From: Acidimicrobiales bacterium
GTDB taxonomy: Bacteria; Actinomycetota; Acidimicrobiia; Acidimicrobiales; RAAP-2
NCBI GenBank assembly: GCA_035947875.1
Contig: DASZJQ010000109.1
Location: 17,809 to 81,808 of the forward strand
Reading direction: 5' to 3'
DNA length: 64,000 nucleotides
This document shows, in pieces, positions 1-9,108 of this stretch; position 1 is the first letter of the stretch; every line of letters begins with the position of its first letter. Made by a program: the position numbers and the translations under genes. The notes under the pieces were generated by a model. That model did not search any database. It was not told where the DNA came from and saw nothing but the letters and a program-made list of their open reading frames with translations.

Positions 1-1841
1 TGGGCAAGGCCTTCGGCTTCAGCCCGGAGCAGGTCGACGCCTGGTCGGCCGGGATCGACCGAGCCTCGCGCGGGCCGTCGTCGGTGGCGGCGGTCCAAGA
101 GGCGGTGGGTGGGGCGGTGAACGACGAGGGTGAGGGCGTGCCGCCGCTGGTGGCCGAAATGGCGGCCGAGCTCCTGGACCGGCCGCGCCATCTGGGCATC
201 CACTCGGCCGGCATGGTGCTGTGCGACCGCCCGGTGATCGAGGTGTGCCCGGTGGAATGGGGGCGCATGCCCGGGCGCAGTGTGCTGCAGTGGGACAAGG
301 ACGACTGCGCCGCCATCGGGCTGGTCAAGTTCGACCTGCTCGGTCTGGGCATGCTCGAAGCGCTGCACCGCATGGTCGACCTGGTGCACGACTTCCACGG
401 TGTCCCCGTCGACCTGGCGAAGATCCCGCAGGAGGATGCGGTCTACGACCTGTTGTGCCGGGCCGACACGGTCGGTGTCTTCCAGGTGGAGAGCCGGGCC
501 CAGATGGGCACGCTGCCCCGGGTCCGGCCGCGCGAGTTCTACGACCTGGCGATCGAGGTGGCCCTCATCCGGCCCGGGCCCATTCAGGGCCACGCCGTCA
601 ATCCCTACATCCGCCGGCGCCGAAAAGAGGAGGACGTCACCTACCTGCACCCCTTGCTCGAGCCCATCTTGAAGCGGACGCTCGGGGTTCCCCTGTTCCA
701 GGAGCAGTTGATGGAGATGGCCGTGGCCATCGCGGGGTTCAGTGCGGCCGAGGCCGATGAACTGCGCCAGGCCATGGCGGCCAAGCGTTCTGCCGAACGG
801 ATGGCGCGGCTGCGGGTCCGTTTCTATGACGGGATGGCGGCGCGTGGGGTGGTGGGGGAGGTGGCCGACCAGATTTTTGCGGCGCTGGCCGCCTTCGCCA
901 ATTTCGGGTTCCCCGAGTCCCACTCCGTGTCCTTCGCCTATCTCGTCTACTCGAGTAGTTGGCTGAAATTGCACTACCCGGCCGCCTTCACCGCCGGTCT
1001 CCTCAATTCCCAACCCATGGGGTTCTGGTCCCCTCAGTCCCTGGTGGCCGACGCTCGGCGTCATGGGGTGACGGTGCGCCGCCCTCACGTGGATCACTCC
1101 GAGGTAGGGGCCTCGTTGGAGGGGGAGCGTGACGACGCAGTGCTGCGGTTGGGACTGGCCTCGGTGCGCGGTGTCGGGGACGCGGTGGCCGAGCGGATAG
1201 TGGCCGGGCGACCCTGGGCCGGGGGGGAGGACCTGGTCCGCCGGGCCGGCGTATCCCGGGCCCAGCTCGAGACATTGGCGGCGGCCGGTGCGCTCGACGC
1301 CGAGGAGAACGCGACGACGGCCTCCCGGAGGCAGTTGTTGTGGGCGGCCGGGGCCGCGGCGCAGGGGACACCAGACCGGTTGCCCGGGATAGTGGTGGGG
1401 GCCGAGGCCCCGCCGCTGCCCGCGCCCAGCCTCTACGACTCGGTCGGTGACGACATGTGGGCGCTGGGACTGGCTCCCGAGCACACGGCCATGCACCTGG
1501 CCCGGGAACGGTTGGAAGCCCTGGGGGTGGTGGTGGCCGGTGATCTGTTGTCGTGTGCCGACGGCGATCGGGTCACCGTGGCCGGAGTGGTGACGCACCG
1601 CCAGCATCCCGAGACGGCGCGTGGTGCGGTCTTCGTCAACCTCGAAGACGAGACCGGTCATGTCAACGTGGTCTTCTCCCGCGGTGCCTGGGCCCGCTGG
1701 AAGCTGGTGGCCCGCCATGCCCCGGCGCTGCTCATCCGGGGCCGCCTTCAGTTGGGGCAGGGCACGGTCAGCCTGACCGCCGAGCGAGTGGAGCCGCTGC
1801 GGGTGGGAACGGCCGTTCCGGCCAGCCGTGACTTCCGCTGA
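1..1841 (+). CDS. dnaE2: Error-prone DNA polymerase (pol III alpha-like) DnaE2, C-terminal ~610 aa; 5' end lies outside the window
   Basis: The frame of ORF 84..1841 stays open back to base 3 (GKAFGFSPEQVDAWS...). Blocks HLGIHSAGMVLCD, KFDLLGLGMLEAL, VGVFQVESRAQM, ALIRPGPIQG and GFPESHSVSFA plus a C-terminal OB-like region match the pol III alpha/DnaE2 layout. TGA at 1839..1841. Confidence 0.85.
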   Translation, partial: GKAFGFSPEQVDAWSAGIDRASRGPSSVAAVQEAVGGAVNDEGEGVPPLVAEMAAELLDRPRHLGIHSAGMVLCDRPVIEVCPVEWGRMPGRSVLQWDKDDCAAIGLVKFDLLGLGMLEALHRMVDLVHDFHGVPVDLAKIPQEDAVYDLLCRADTVGVFQVESRAQMGTLPRVRPREFYDLAIEVALIRPGPIQGHAVNPYIRRRRKEEDVTYLHPLLEPILKRTLGVPLFQEQLMEMAVAIAGFSAAEADELRQAMAAKRSAERMARLRVRFYDGMAARGVVGEVADQIFAALAAFANFGFPESHSVSFAYLVYSSSWLKLHYPAAFTAGLLNSQPMGFWSPQSLVADARRHGVTVRRPHVDHSEVGASLEGERDDAVLRLGLASVRGVGDAVAERIVAGRPWAGGEDLVRRAGVSRAQLETLAAAGALDAEENATTASRRQLLWAAGAAAQGTPDRLPGIVVGAEAPPLPAPSLYDSVGDDMWALGLAPEHTAMHLARERLEALGVVVAGDLLSCADGDRVTVAGVVTHRQHPETARGAVFVNLEDETGHVNVVFSRGAWARWKLVARHAPALLIRGRLQLGQGTVSLTAERVEPLRVGTAVPASRDFR

Positions 1842-1938
1842 GCGTTCGGCATCCGGGTCACCTGGTTGATGTTCACGTGCACACCCATCTCGCACAGGTC
1901 GTCACGCGTCACTTGCCGTGACCGAGCCAGGGGGACGA

Positions 1939-3003
1939 TCAGGTGACCACGAGACCCCGGCCGGTGATCGGCGGCAGGTCGAGTGCCGTCACGATGCCGG
2001 GTTCGGCTGCGATCACGGCAGGGATGGCGTTGACCAGGCGCATGGCCGTGGCCTTGAGGCCGGCCGTGTTGTGGTCGCCGTCGGTGCCCATCAGTTGGAG
2101 GTCGAGGGTGTAGTTGGGCTCGCCCGTGATCTCGACCCGGTAGCCGCCATGCCCGGCCGGTTGGGGCCAGCCGGCCCCGAGCTCGTCGCTCAGCCGGGTG
2201 ACGTGTTCGACCACGACCACGGCCTTGTCGCCCACCATGCCCCGTATCTCGAAGTGCAGTGCGGCCGCGGTGCCTTTGGCGATGGGACCGGCGATCACAT
2301 CGAAGTCCCCCGGTGCCGCTTCCCGTTCGTACCATTCCTCGACGCCCGAGAGGGCGACGCCGAGGCCGGCGGCGATCTGGCGCACCACGCTGCCCCAGGC
2401 CAGAGTGAGCACACCCGGTTGGAGGAGGAAAGGGACCTCCTCCATCGGCCGGCCGAAGCCCATGATGTCGAAGAGCACCATGGGCTGGTTGTAGGTGTTG
2501 TAGTTGAGGACCTCGGAGCAGCGGACCTCTTCGATGCGCTCGCTGATCCCGGTCAGCACCAAGGGGAGGGCATCGTTGGCGAAACCGGGGTCGACACCGT
2601 TGACAAAGAGTGAGACGCCGTGGGCCACGCCGGCGGCGGACAGGGACCGGGCCATGTCATCATCGTCGGCCGGGTACTGCAAGAAGACGGGTGACGATGA
2701 GACCACATTGCACCCCGCTTCGAGAAAGCGCTGCAGATCGGCCAAGGCCTCCATCATGCGGTCGTCGGCCATGCCGGTGTGCACGATGCAGTCAGGCTTG
2801 AGGGCCAGCAAGGCGTCGAAGTCATTGGAACCGCTGACCCCGAGGCTGCGCCCGAGCCCGGCCAGCTCGCCGGCGTCCTGGCCGATCTTGGCCGGATTGG
2901 AGACGAAGACGCCGACCAAGTCGAGCTCGGGATGGGCGTCGATGCCGGCCAGGGCGTGTCGTCCCACGTTGCCGGTGCTCCACTGCACGACGCGATAGCT
3001 CAT
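1939..3003 (-). CDS. DapB-N-like NAD(P)-binding oxidoreductase (2,4-diaminopentanoate dehydrogenase / native amine dehydrogenase-like family)
   Basis: Internal ATG (cat at 3001..3003) of the merged ORF 1939..4020. The N-terminus MSYRVVQWSTGNVGRHAL carries the GxGxxG Rossmann start of this family. The N-terminal extension in the track is Arg/Gly/Pro-rich junk. Confidence 0.6.
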   Translation of the reverse strand: MSYRVVQWSTGNVGRHALAGIDAHPELDLVGVFVSNPAKIGQDAGELAGLGRSLGVSGSNDFDALLALKPDCIVHTGMADDRMMEALADLQRFLEAGCNVVSSSPVFLQYPADDDDMARSLSAAGVAHGVSLFVNGVDPGFANDALPLVLTGISERIEEVRCSEVLNYNTYNQPMVLFDIMGFGRPMEEVPFLLQPGVLTLAWGSVVRQIAAGLGVALSGVEEWYEREAAPGDFDVIAGPIAKGTAAALHFEIRGMVGDKAVVVVEHVTRLSDELGAGWPQPAGHGGYRVEITGEPNYTLDLQLMGTDGDHNTAGLKATAMRLVNAIPAVIAAEPGIVTALDLPPITGRGLVVT

Positions 3004-3023
3004 GACACTCCTTTTCCTTTCGT

Positions 3024-3818
3024 TTAGAGGTCGGGAAGACCGAATTCGAGGTTGGCCGACTGCAGGCCACCGTCGGCCTCGATGATCTTGCCCGTGATGA
3101 AGGACCCGGCCGAAGAGGCCAGGAACAGGACGGTGGCGGCGATGTCTTCTGGATCGCCGATGCGCTTGAGCGGTGTGGCTTCTTCCATCTGGGTGCGCAG
3201 CTCGTCGCTCGACATGACGATGTCGAGGGCGGACGTGGCGGTGGAGCCCACCGCCACGGCGTTGACGCGAATCCGGGGACACAGGTCGCGGGCGGCCAGG
3301 CGGGTGTACTGCTCGAGGGCTCCCTTGACCGTTCCGTAGGCCAGGTAGCCCCGGGCACCGACATGGCCCATCACCGATGAGATGTTCACGATGGCGCCAC
3401 CGGGGGCCTCGCCTTCGAGCATGAGCGGGACGGCGGCGCGCACCAGGGCGTGGCCGGCGCCGACGTTGAAGTGGAAGGCCTCCTCGAGGGCGCGTGGGGA
3501 CGTATCGAGCAGAGGGCGGGGCATGGTGCCGCCCAAGTTGTTGACCACGATGTCGACGCGTCCGAAGGCTTGGTGCGCCGTGTCGGCCAGAGAGCCCATG
3601 AGTTCGACGTCGGTGAGGTCGCCGGCCACAACGGCGGCCCGGCGGCCGGTCGCTTCCACGCGCCGCGCCACTTCGCGCAACTGCTCCTCGGTGCGGGCGG
3701 CCAACACGATGTCGGCCCCGGCCTCGGCCAGGGCCACCGCTGAGGCCGCACCGATGCCGCGGCCACTGCCGGTGACGATGGCGACCTGGTCGGTCACCTT
3801 GAAGCGGTCGAGAATCAT
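3024..3818 (-). CDS. Classical short-chain dehydrogenase/reductase (FabG-like)
   Basis: Internal ATG at 3818 (MILDRFKVTDQVAIVTGSGRGIG). Has the TGxxxGxG motif and NISS...YGTVK (Ser-Tyr-x3-Lys). 264 aa. Confidence 0.8.
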   Translation of the reverse strand: MILDRFKVTDQVAIVTGSGRGIGAASAVALAEAGADIVLAARTEEQLREVARRVEATGRRAAVVAGDLTDVELMGSLADTAHQAFGRVDIVVNNLGGTMPRPLLDTSPRALEEAFHFNVGAGHALVRAAVPLMLEGEAPGGAIVNISSVMGHVGARGYLAYGTVKGALEQYTRLAARDLCPRIRVNAVAVGSTATSALDIVMSSDELRTQMEEATPLKRIGDPEDIAATVLFLASSAGSFITGKIIEADGGLQSANLEFGLPDL

Positions 3819-4097
3819 ATGGCCTCTTGACGTCGTCGGAACTGGACGAGCCGGACTGTAGCGGCTCTGACCTTCCTTGACGCCGGAGCGCAGGTCGGAG
3901 GATGGTGGTGTTGCCATGGACCACACCCCCTCCGACTCCGCCCCTGCGCTCCGGCGGTGTTGGCATCCGGTGGCCCACGACGACCTGGTCCTGCCGCCGA
4001 CGCCCACGGCCGAAGTGCACACCCGGGCCGACCGCACGATCGTGGAGCTTCAGCTCGCCCTGTCCGACCGGGTGGCGATGGCCGAAGGCGTACGGCG

Positions 4098-4730
4098 GTG
4101 AGGGGCGTCACCGTGGTCGAGCACCCGGTCCTCGAGCACCGGCTGGCCGCGTTGCGGGATCAGCTGACCGATCGCGACCACTTCCGACGCCTGGTCTCGG
4201 AGATCTCGCGGTTCTTGGCCTATGAGGGCCTGCGCGACCTCGGGACCGAGGAGATTGTCATCGACACGCCGGTGGCCGACGGGGTGACGGCGCGTCGGGT
4301 CAACGAGCACGTACTCGTGGTGCCGGTCCTCCGGGCCGGGCTGGGCATGGTGCAGGCCGTTCAAGAGGTGCTCCCCCTGGCCGAGGTGGCCCATGTCGGG
4401 TTGCGGCGCAACGACGCAACCCTGCAGGCGGATGTCTATCTCAATCGGCTTCCGGGTGATCTGAGCGGACGGCGGGTCGTCGTGTGCGACACCATGCTGG
4501 CCACCGGTGGGTCGTTGGCTCAGGTGTGCGATCTCGTGCTCGACAAGGGGGCCCGCACCGTGGTGGCGCTCTGCATTATCGCTTCGGAGCCCGGTCTGGT
4601 CGCCTTCACCGAGGCGCATCCCTTGGTGCCCGTGGTGTGCGCCGCCGTCGACCCGGTCCTCAGTGACGAGGGCTACATCGTGCCCGGCCTGGGCGATGCC
4701 GGTGACCGACTCTTCGGTCCGCCCGACTGA
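4098..4730 (+). CDS. upp: Uracil phosphoribosyltransferase
   Basis: VEHPVLEHRLAALRD N-terminus, PRPP loop VVVCDTMLATGGS, and C-terminal YIVPGLGDAGDRLFG signature. GTG 4098 chosen (alternative GTG 4113). The upstream part of ORF 3957.. is Arg/Pro-rich. Confidence 0.85.
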   Translation: MRGVTVVEHPVLEHRLAALRDQLTDRDHFRRLVSEISRFLAYEGLRDLGTEEIVIDTPVADGVTARRVNEHVLVVPVLRAGLGMVQAVQEVLPLAEVAHVGLRRNDATLQADVYLNRLPGDLSGRRVVVCDTMLATGGSLAQVCDLVLDKGARTVVALCIIASEPGLVAFTEAHPLVPVVCAAVDPVLSDEGYIVPGLGDAGDRLFGPPD

Positions 4731-4772
4731 GCGCTGTCGCACGAGTCGCCGGGCGTGCTTCGCCGTCGCCGT

Positions 4773-5519
4773 TCAGGCCCAGCCTCCGGCGTAGGCCACG
4801 AACTGGCCTGTGGTGAACCCACTCGTTCCGTCGATGAACGGCAGGCAGAAGGCGGCGAACTCCTCCATGGTGCCCAGTCGCTTCATGGGGACCATGGACT
4901 CGACCTTGCGTCGCGACGCTTCGTCGGTCACGCGATTCGCCCTGAGGAACTCGGGGAAGTCCATGAAGTTGGTGCCGACCACGTTGACCTGCACCCCGGT
5001 GCGGGCCACTTCCATGGCGACGTTTTTGGCCAGCATCGTCGCCCCGGCGCGGGCCGCCGAATACAGCGGGGCTCCCGGGGTGGGCCGGACCGCCGAGGCG
5101 CTGGTGATCAGCAGCATCTGGCCGTGGCCTTGTTCGACCATGGCCGGGACGACGGCGCGCAGCAAGTGGTAGGGCGCGACCAGGCAGCCCTGCACGACAG
5201 CGTCGAGTTGCTCAGCGGTGGAATCGACGAATTTTCCAACGATGACCCGACCCGAGCCTCCGACGGCGGCGTCGAGCCGGCCGAACCGCTCTTGGGCCGC
5301 GCCGACCAGTCGTTCCGAGGAAGACGGATCGGCGAGATCGAGGACGCCCTCGACGGCGACGACCGCGGCGCCGGTTGCCTCGAGCTCGGCCACGAGGTCG
5401 GTCCCGGGGTCGCCGAGCACGAGATCGTGGCCCCGGGAGGCGAGGAGCCGGGCCAGATGGGGCCCGACATAGTGCGCGGCATCGGTCACCAGGGCGACCC
5501 TGCGTTCGGTGTTGTTCAT
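4773..5519 (-). CDS. Halohydrin dehalogenase-type SDR-superfamily protein (cofactor-independent HHDH signature)
   Basis: 248 aa. The N-terminal VTDAAHYVG fits T-x4-[FY]-x-G instead of TGxxxGxG. ITSASAVRPTPGAPLYSAAR fits S-x12-Y-x3-R instead of S..YxxxK. Further blocks YSAARAGA, GTNF, KRLGT and TGQ..AGG line up with HheC as I remember it. Confidence 0.7.
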   Translation of the reverse strand: MNNTERRVALVTDAAHYVGPHLARLLASRGHDLVLGDPGTDLVAELEATGAAVVAVEGVLDLADPSSSERLVGAAQERFGRLDAAVGGSGRVIVGKFVDSTAEQLDAVVQGCLVAPYHLLRAVVPAMVEQGHGQMLLITSASAVRPTPGAPLYSAARAGATMLAKNVAMEVARTGVQVNVVGTNFMDFPEFLRANRVTDEASRRKVESMVPMKRLGTMEEFAAFCLPFIDGTSGFTTGQFVAYAGGWA

Positions 5520-5661
5520 GTTCCCCCCCAGGCAGTCCGTCCGGTGTGCCAGCGATGGGGACGGTATCCCTATCGCTGCTCGAGAGTGTACGGCGGTCGC
5601 CTGTCCGCATCATGTTGGGGATGCCAGTCACTTGCGGTCAGTGGTCACCGCGGCGAGAGTC

Positions 5662-6282
5662 ATGTCCATGTCCGCCGCCCGTACCTATTCGACCACCGTC
5701 GGAAGTCAGTCGGTCGACCTGCCCCTCGTGGCGCTGACCGACGAGCTGAGCATCGCCCTGCTCATCTGTGTCGACCTGGGGGTGCACTTTGCCGAGGTGG
5801 CGGGCCGGGAGCTGGCCGACCTCATGCGGCCGGCCCGGCCCGAGATCATCGTTTCGGTTGCCACCATGGGTATCCCGCTGGCCATCGAGGCCAGCCGCGC
5901 ACTGGGGTTCGACGACTACGTCATCTTGCACAAGACGCCGAAGATCCACCTGGGGGAGACCTGGGCCGAGCCGGTCAACTCCATCACGACCGAGAAGCCC
6001 CAACGCCTGCGCATGGATCCCGCCCGGGTCCCCGCCGTCCGGGGACACCGGGTGGCGGTGGTCGACGACGTGATCTCGACCGGCGCCTCCACGCTGGCGG
6101 CGCTCCGGTTGGTGCGGCGAATCGGAGCCGAGCCGGTGGTCATCGGCACCCTCATGACCGAGGGGTCGGGCTGGCGGAAGGCCCTCGGGGCGGACGCCGA
6201 CATGGTCCGCTCCCTCGGGTCCATGCCGTTGTTCCGGCCTGCGGGGGACGGCAGCGGGGAATTGGTGGAGGACTGGGACTAA
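5662..6282 (+). CDS. Phosphoribosyltransferase family protein (adenine/purine PRT-like)
   Basis: PRPP-binding loop RVAVVDDVISTGAST. ATG 5662 chosen inside ORF 5509..6282 (MSMSAARTY...). About 206 aa. Confidence 0.65.
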   Translation: MSMSAARTYSTTVGSQSVDLPLVALTDELSIALLICVDLGVHFAEVAGRELADLMRPARPEIIVSVATMGIPLAIEASRALGFDDYVILHKTPKIHLGETWAEPVNSITTEKPQRLRMDPARVPAVRGHRVAVVDDVISTGASTLAALRLVRRIGAEPVVIGTLMTEGSGWRKALGADADMVRSLGSMPLFRPAGDGSGELVEDWD

Positions 6283-6315
6283 TGGGGTGTCTCGGCGGGG
6301 GAGCGGGACGAGCGG

Positions 6316-7821
6316 TCAGAGCAGGCCCTCGGCCTTGAGCGACACGTCCTGCTCGTCGGCCTGCGTGCGGACGCTGCGCGTGGCCAGGATCAGGTAGACC
6401 AGCGCTCCGACGCCCAGGCCGAGGAAGATGCTGAAGTCGCCCCCGAAGTGGGAGGCGTCCTGGGTGTGGTCCGTGACCTCGTTCAACCACTGTGGAATGC
6501 GGAAGTAGTAGGTCGGGTTGACGTACAGCCCTGAGATGGCGGCGAACATGCCGACCACCTGGGCGATGATGGCCGGCCAGAAGATTCCCCCGCGACGCCA
6601 ATACAGGGAGTCTCGGCCGGTCTTCTGCAGCTCGCTCGGCACGTAGCGGTAACGGCGCAGGACCCAGTCCACCAGGAAGATGGCGCACCACGGCGCAATC
6701 CAGACGATGACGATGTCGACAAAGTCCGACAGATACTCGGTGAAGGACCCGCTGAAGATGGCCCACATGGTGACGCCGAGGGCGATGGCGCAGTCGATCA
6801 GGACGGCGTGGTAGCGCTTCACGGGAACACCGATGGCCTGCAGGGTGACGCCCGACGAGTACATGTCGAGGCTGTTGATGCCGAACAACTGGATGACGGC
6901 GAAGACCAGGAACACCACCACGAACCACGAGGGAATGGCGGTCTGGTGGGCGAAGGGGAGGAAGCCGCCGGCCCCGGTCCCGACTTTGAGAACGAACGTA
7001 CCGACGACAGCACCCAGGGTCATGATCAGGATCTCCGGCACGGCCGTTCCCAGGAAGACCCAGCCGACGATGCCCTTCTTGGAGGTGTCCGTCGGGCAGT
7101 ACCGGGTGTAGTCGTTGCCGTTCTCGGTCCAGCCCAGCCCGCTCAGGGCGATGGTGAAGGCCAGCGCCTCGGTGAAGCCCTGCCAGTCCCCGCTGGTCTT
7201 CACCACGTGGAGATTGGCGTGCGGGATGGCGAAGCCGAGCATGATGGCGAAAAGGATCACGAAGGGCAGGACAAGCCAGCGCAGCGTCTTGACGATGGCG
7301 GCGTGACCCAGGAAGGGGAGGATCCCCTGTACGAGCACCGCGGCGATGACGAGAATGACCTTGGCCGGGTCGCCGGGCAAGAAGCCCGCTTTGATCATCA
7401 AGACGAGCCCGGCCCCCACGATCAGGAGCAAACCCTCGACCTCGAAGCCGATCTGGGTGATCCAGTTGAAGAAGGAGATCGGTCGTGAGCCGTTCGGGCC
7501 GTAGCCGGCCCGGTTGATGGCGAAGACTGTGGTGCCGGCATTCGGCCCCTGCAGGGAGCACAATCCCAACAGGAAGAAGGACAGGTTCCCCAGGATGATG
7601 ATCACCAGGACCTGAAGGAACGTGAGCCCGAATGTCATCAAGATGGCGCCGTAAATGAAGTATTCGATCTGGACGCTGGCCCCGGCCCACATCCCGAAGA
7701 TGTCCTTGGGCCTGGCCCAACGCTCGCCCTCGGGTATGAAGTCGATCCCGTGCTGCTCGACGTGGAACGCCACATCCGACCCCGGGTCGTGAATGACCGC
7801 TCGGTCCTCCGCGATTGCCAT
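6316..7821 (-). CDS. NCS1-family nucleobase (purine-cytosine/uracil/allantoin-type) permease
   Basis: About 500 aa polytopic protein with an NCS1-like N-terminus (VEQHGIDFIPEGERWARPKDIFGMWAGASV). The second ATG at 7821 has AAGGGAGG 5 nt upstream. The alternative ATG 7839 has only a weak SD. Confidence 0.75.
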   Translation of the reverse strand: MAIAEDRAVIHDPGSDVAFHVEQHGIDFIPEGERWARPKDIFGMWAGASVQIEYFIYGAILMTFGLTFLQVLVIIILGNLSFFLLGLCSLQGPNAGTTVFAINRAGYGPNGSRPISFFNWITQIGFEVEGLLLIVGAGLVLMIKAGFLPGDPAKVILVIAAVLVQGILPFLGHAAIVKTLRWLVLPFVILFAIMLGFAIPHANLHVVKTSGDWQGFTEALAFTIALSGLGWTENGNDYTRYCPTDTSKKGIVGWVFLGTAVPEILIMTLGAVVGTFVLKVGTGAGGFLPFAHQTAIPSWFVVVFLVFAVIQLFGINSLDMYSSGVTLQAIGVPVKRYHAVLIDCAIALGVTMWAIFSGSFTEYLSDFVDIVIVWIAPWCAIFLVDWVLRRYRYVPSELQKTGRDSLYWRRGGIFWPAIIAQVVGMFAAISGLYVNPTYYFRIPQWLNEVTDHTQDASHFGGDFSIFLGLGVGALVYLILATRSVRTQADEQDVSLKAEGLL

Positions 7822-7906
7822 CGCTGCCTCCCTTGTCATCGCCCCGCGTGCTCCGGTTCCTTGGACACCACGTCAACCATGGGCGTCTCCGCACCGATAC
7901 GGACGT

Positions 7907-7961
7907 GGCCCGGTCCACCACCGGGCCGAAGGGTGGGCGGAGAGACGGACGTTGCCGTCTC
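7907..7961 (-). other. Two adjacent GC-rich hairpins in the leader of the NCS1 permease gene
   Basis: GGCCCGGT-ccacc-ACCGGGCC (7907..7927) and GAGACGG-acgttg-CCGTCTC (7942..7961), read directly. They lie 85-140 nt upstream of the start codon in the 346-bp divergent intergenic region. Confidence 0.3.
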
Positions 7962-8167
7962 CCTCGGCAGCCTTCTCCGGTCTGGCGTCCACGCACTTGG
8001 CCCTATCTGATTCGGTGCGCTTCCCTGGCGACCGCGACCGAAGGTTGTCGGTCCTCACCTTGTTGGCTGATTGGCCCTGCGTCAAGTGGCAGGCGTGAAC
8101 ATCGTGGAACTGGTTCGGTGGCGTCGGGGTCACGGGCTCGATCCGCTCCTTTGTTGTAGAACGTGGC

Positions 8168-9073
8168 GTGGTCTATGTCTTGGCGGCTTCCGCTGCGCTG
8201 TGCAGCGCGGTTGCCGGGGTGATGCAGCGGATCGGAGTCGAATCGGCGCCGGCCGGCGACGCCATGCGTCTCCGACTGCTGACCAATGCGCTCAAACGGG
8301 GGATCTGGTTGCTCGGTTTCGCCCTCCTTCTGGTTGTGTTCGTGCTGCAAGCCTCGGCCTTGCGCTTCGGCGACCTGACCGTGGTCCAGCCCATATTGAC
8401 CGTCGAGTTACTGTTCCTCATCGCCATCTTGCGGGTGGTGTTCCGTCGCCACGTGGGAGGGCGCGAGATCCTCGGTTCGGTGGCCATCGTGGTCGGGCTG
8501 GCCGGATTCATCGTCTCGGCCGATCCTGCCCTCGGCCAGGGCATTCCGAGTTCGAAGGCGTGGGGTGTCGTCACCGTCGTGATCTTCGTGGTGGCAGCGA
8601 TGCTGGTCGCCGGTGCCCAGCGCGGGCCCCGGTGGTGGCGGGCCACCGCCTTCGGGGCGGCGGCCGCCGTGCTCTTCGCCTACAACGCCTCCCTGACCAA
8701 GGCCATCACCACCCTGATCACCGGCGGATGGGGCCATGTGTTCACCCATTGGGAGCCCTACGCCCTCGGCCTCACCGGATTGGTCGGCTTCTTCTTCCTC
8801 CAAAACGCCCTCCATGCGGGCCCGATCGCCGCCTCGCGCGCTTCGATGCTCATGGTGAACCCGGTGGTGAGCATCATCATCGGCATCTTCGTATTCAACG
8901 AGCATCTGCGCGGCGGACCGGGGTACGTCGCCGCGGAGATCCTCTCTCTGGTGGTCATGTTGACCGGCGCCTTCGTGCTGACCCAATCGCCCTTGGTGGC
9001 TGGGGCCACCTTGGACGGGGACCAGAGCGAGATGCTCGGAACGGTCCTTCCGGTCTCGCCCATCGGGCCGTGA
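8168..9073 (+). CDS. DMT-superfamily-like polytopic membrane protein
   Basis: 301 aa, GTG start, about 9-10 hydrophobic segments in a two-half layout typical of actinobacterial DMT family transporter annotations. No specific substrate motif recognised. Confidence 0.5.
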   Translation: MVYVLAASAALCSAVAGVMQRIGVESAPAGDAMRLRLLTNALKRGIWLLGFALLLVVFVLQASALRFGDLTVVQPILTVELLFLIAILRVVFRRHVGGREILGSVAIVVGLAGFIVSADPALGQGIPSSKAWGVVTVVIFVVAAMLVAGAQRGPRWWRATAFGAAAAVLFAYNASLTKAITTLITGGWGHVFTHWEPYALGLTGLVGFFFLQNALHAGPIAASRASMLMVNPVVSIIIGIFVFNEHLRGGPGYVAAEILSLVVMLTGAFVLTQSPLVAGATLDGDQSEMLGTVLPVSPIGP

Positions 9074-9108
9074 CTTCACGCCAGGAGGTCCGGTCCCCTG
9101 CTGGGTCC

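Noticed and set aside
1939-4020. Merged or over-extended ORFs in the track (1939..4020, 3024..4037, 11491..13077, 26529..28169, 38599..41400, 43250..45925, 60651..62621, 25696..26976)
   Set aside because: In each case the N-terminal part is junk-like and an internal start with an SD and a canonical family N-terminus exists. The extensions read through upstream genes or intergenic DNA, so I trimmed them rather than calling fusions.
6152-7996. Very long ORFs opposite or out of frame to real genes (e.g. 6152..7996, 13680..15374, 15384..16670, 18882..20444, 41617..42726, 46212..47399, 57697..59340, 61578..63416, 62548..63546)
   Set aside because: Their translations are Arg/Pro/Gly/His-rich and low-complexity with no motifs, and they overlap genes with clear family signatures. 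These are typical shadow ORFs of high-GC DNA, not overlapping genes.
7981-8070. Possible TPP or purine riboswitch upstream of the NCS1 permease
   Set aside because: Superficial resemblance only (CUGAU.CGG on the wrong strand). The conserved CUGAGA and GCCAGCG..AGGGA elements of TPP and the purine three-way-junction consensus are absent.
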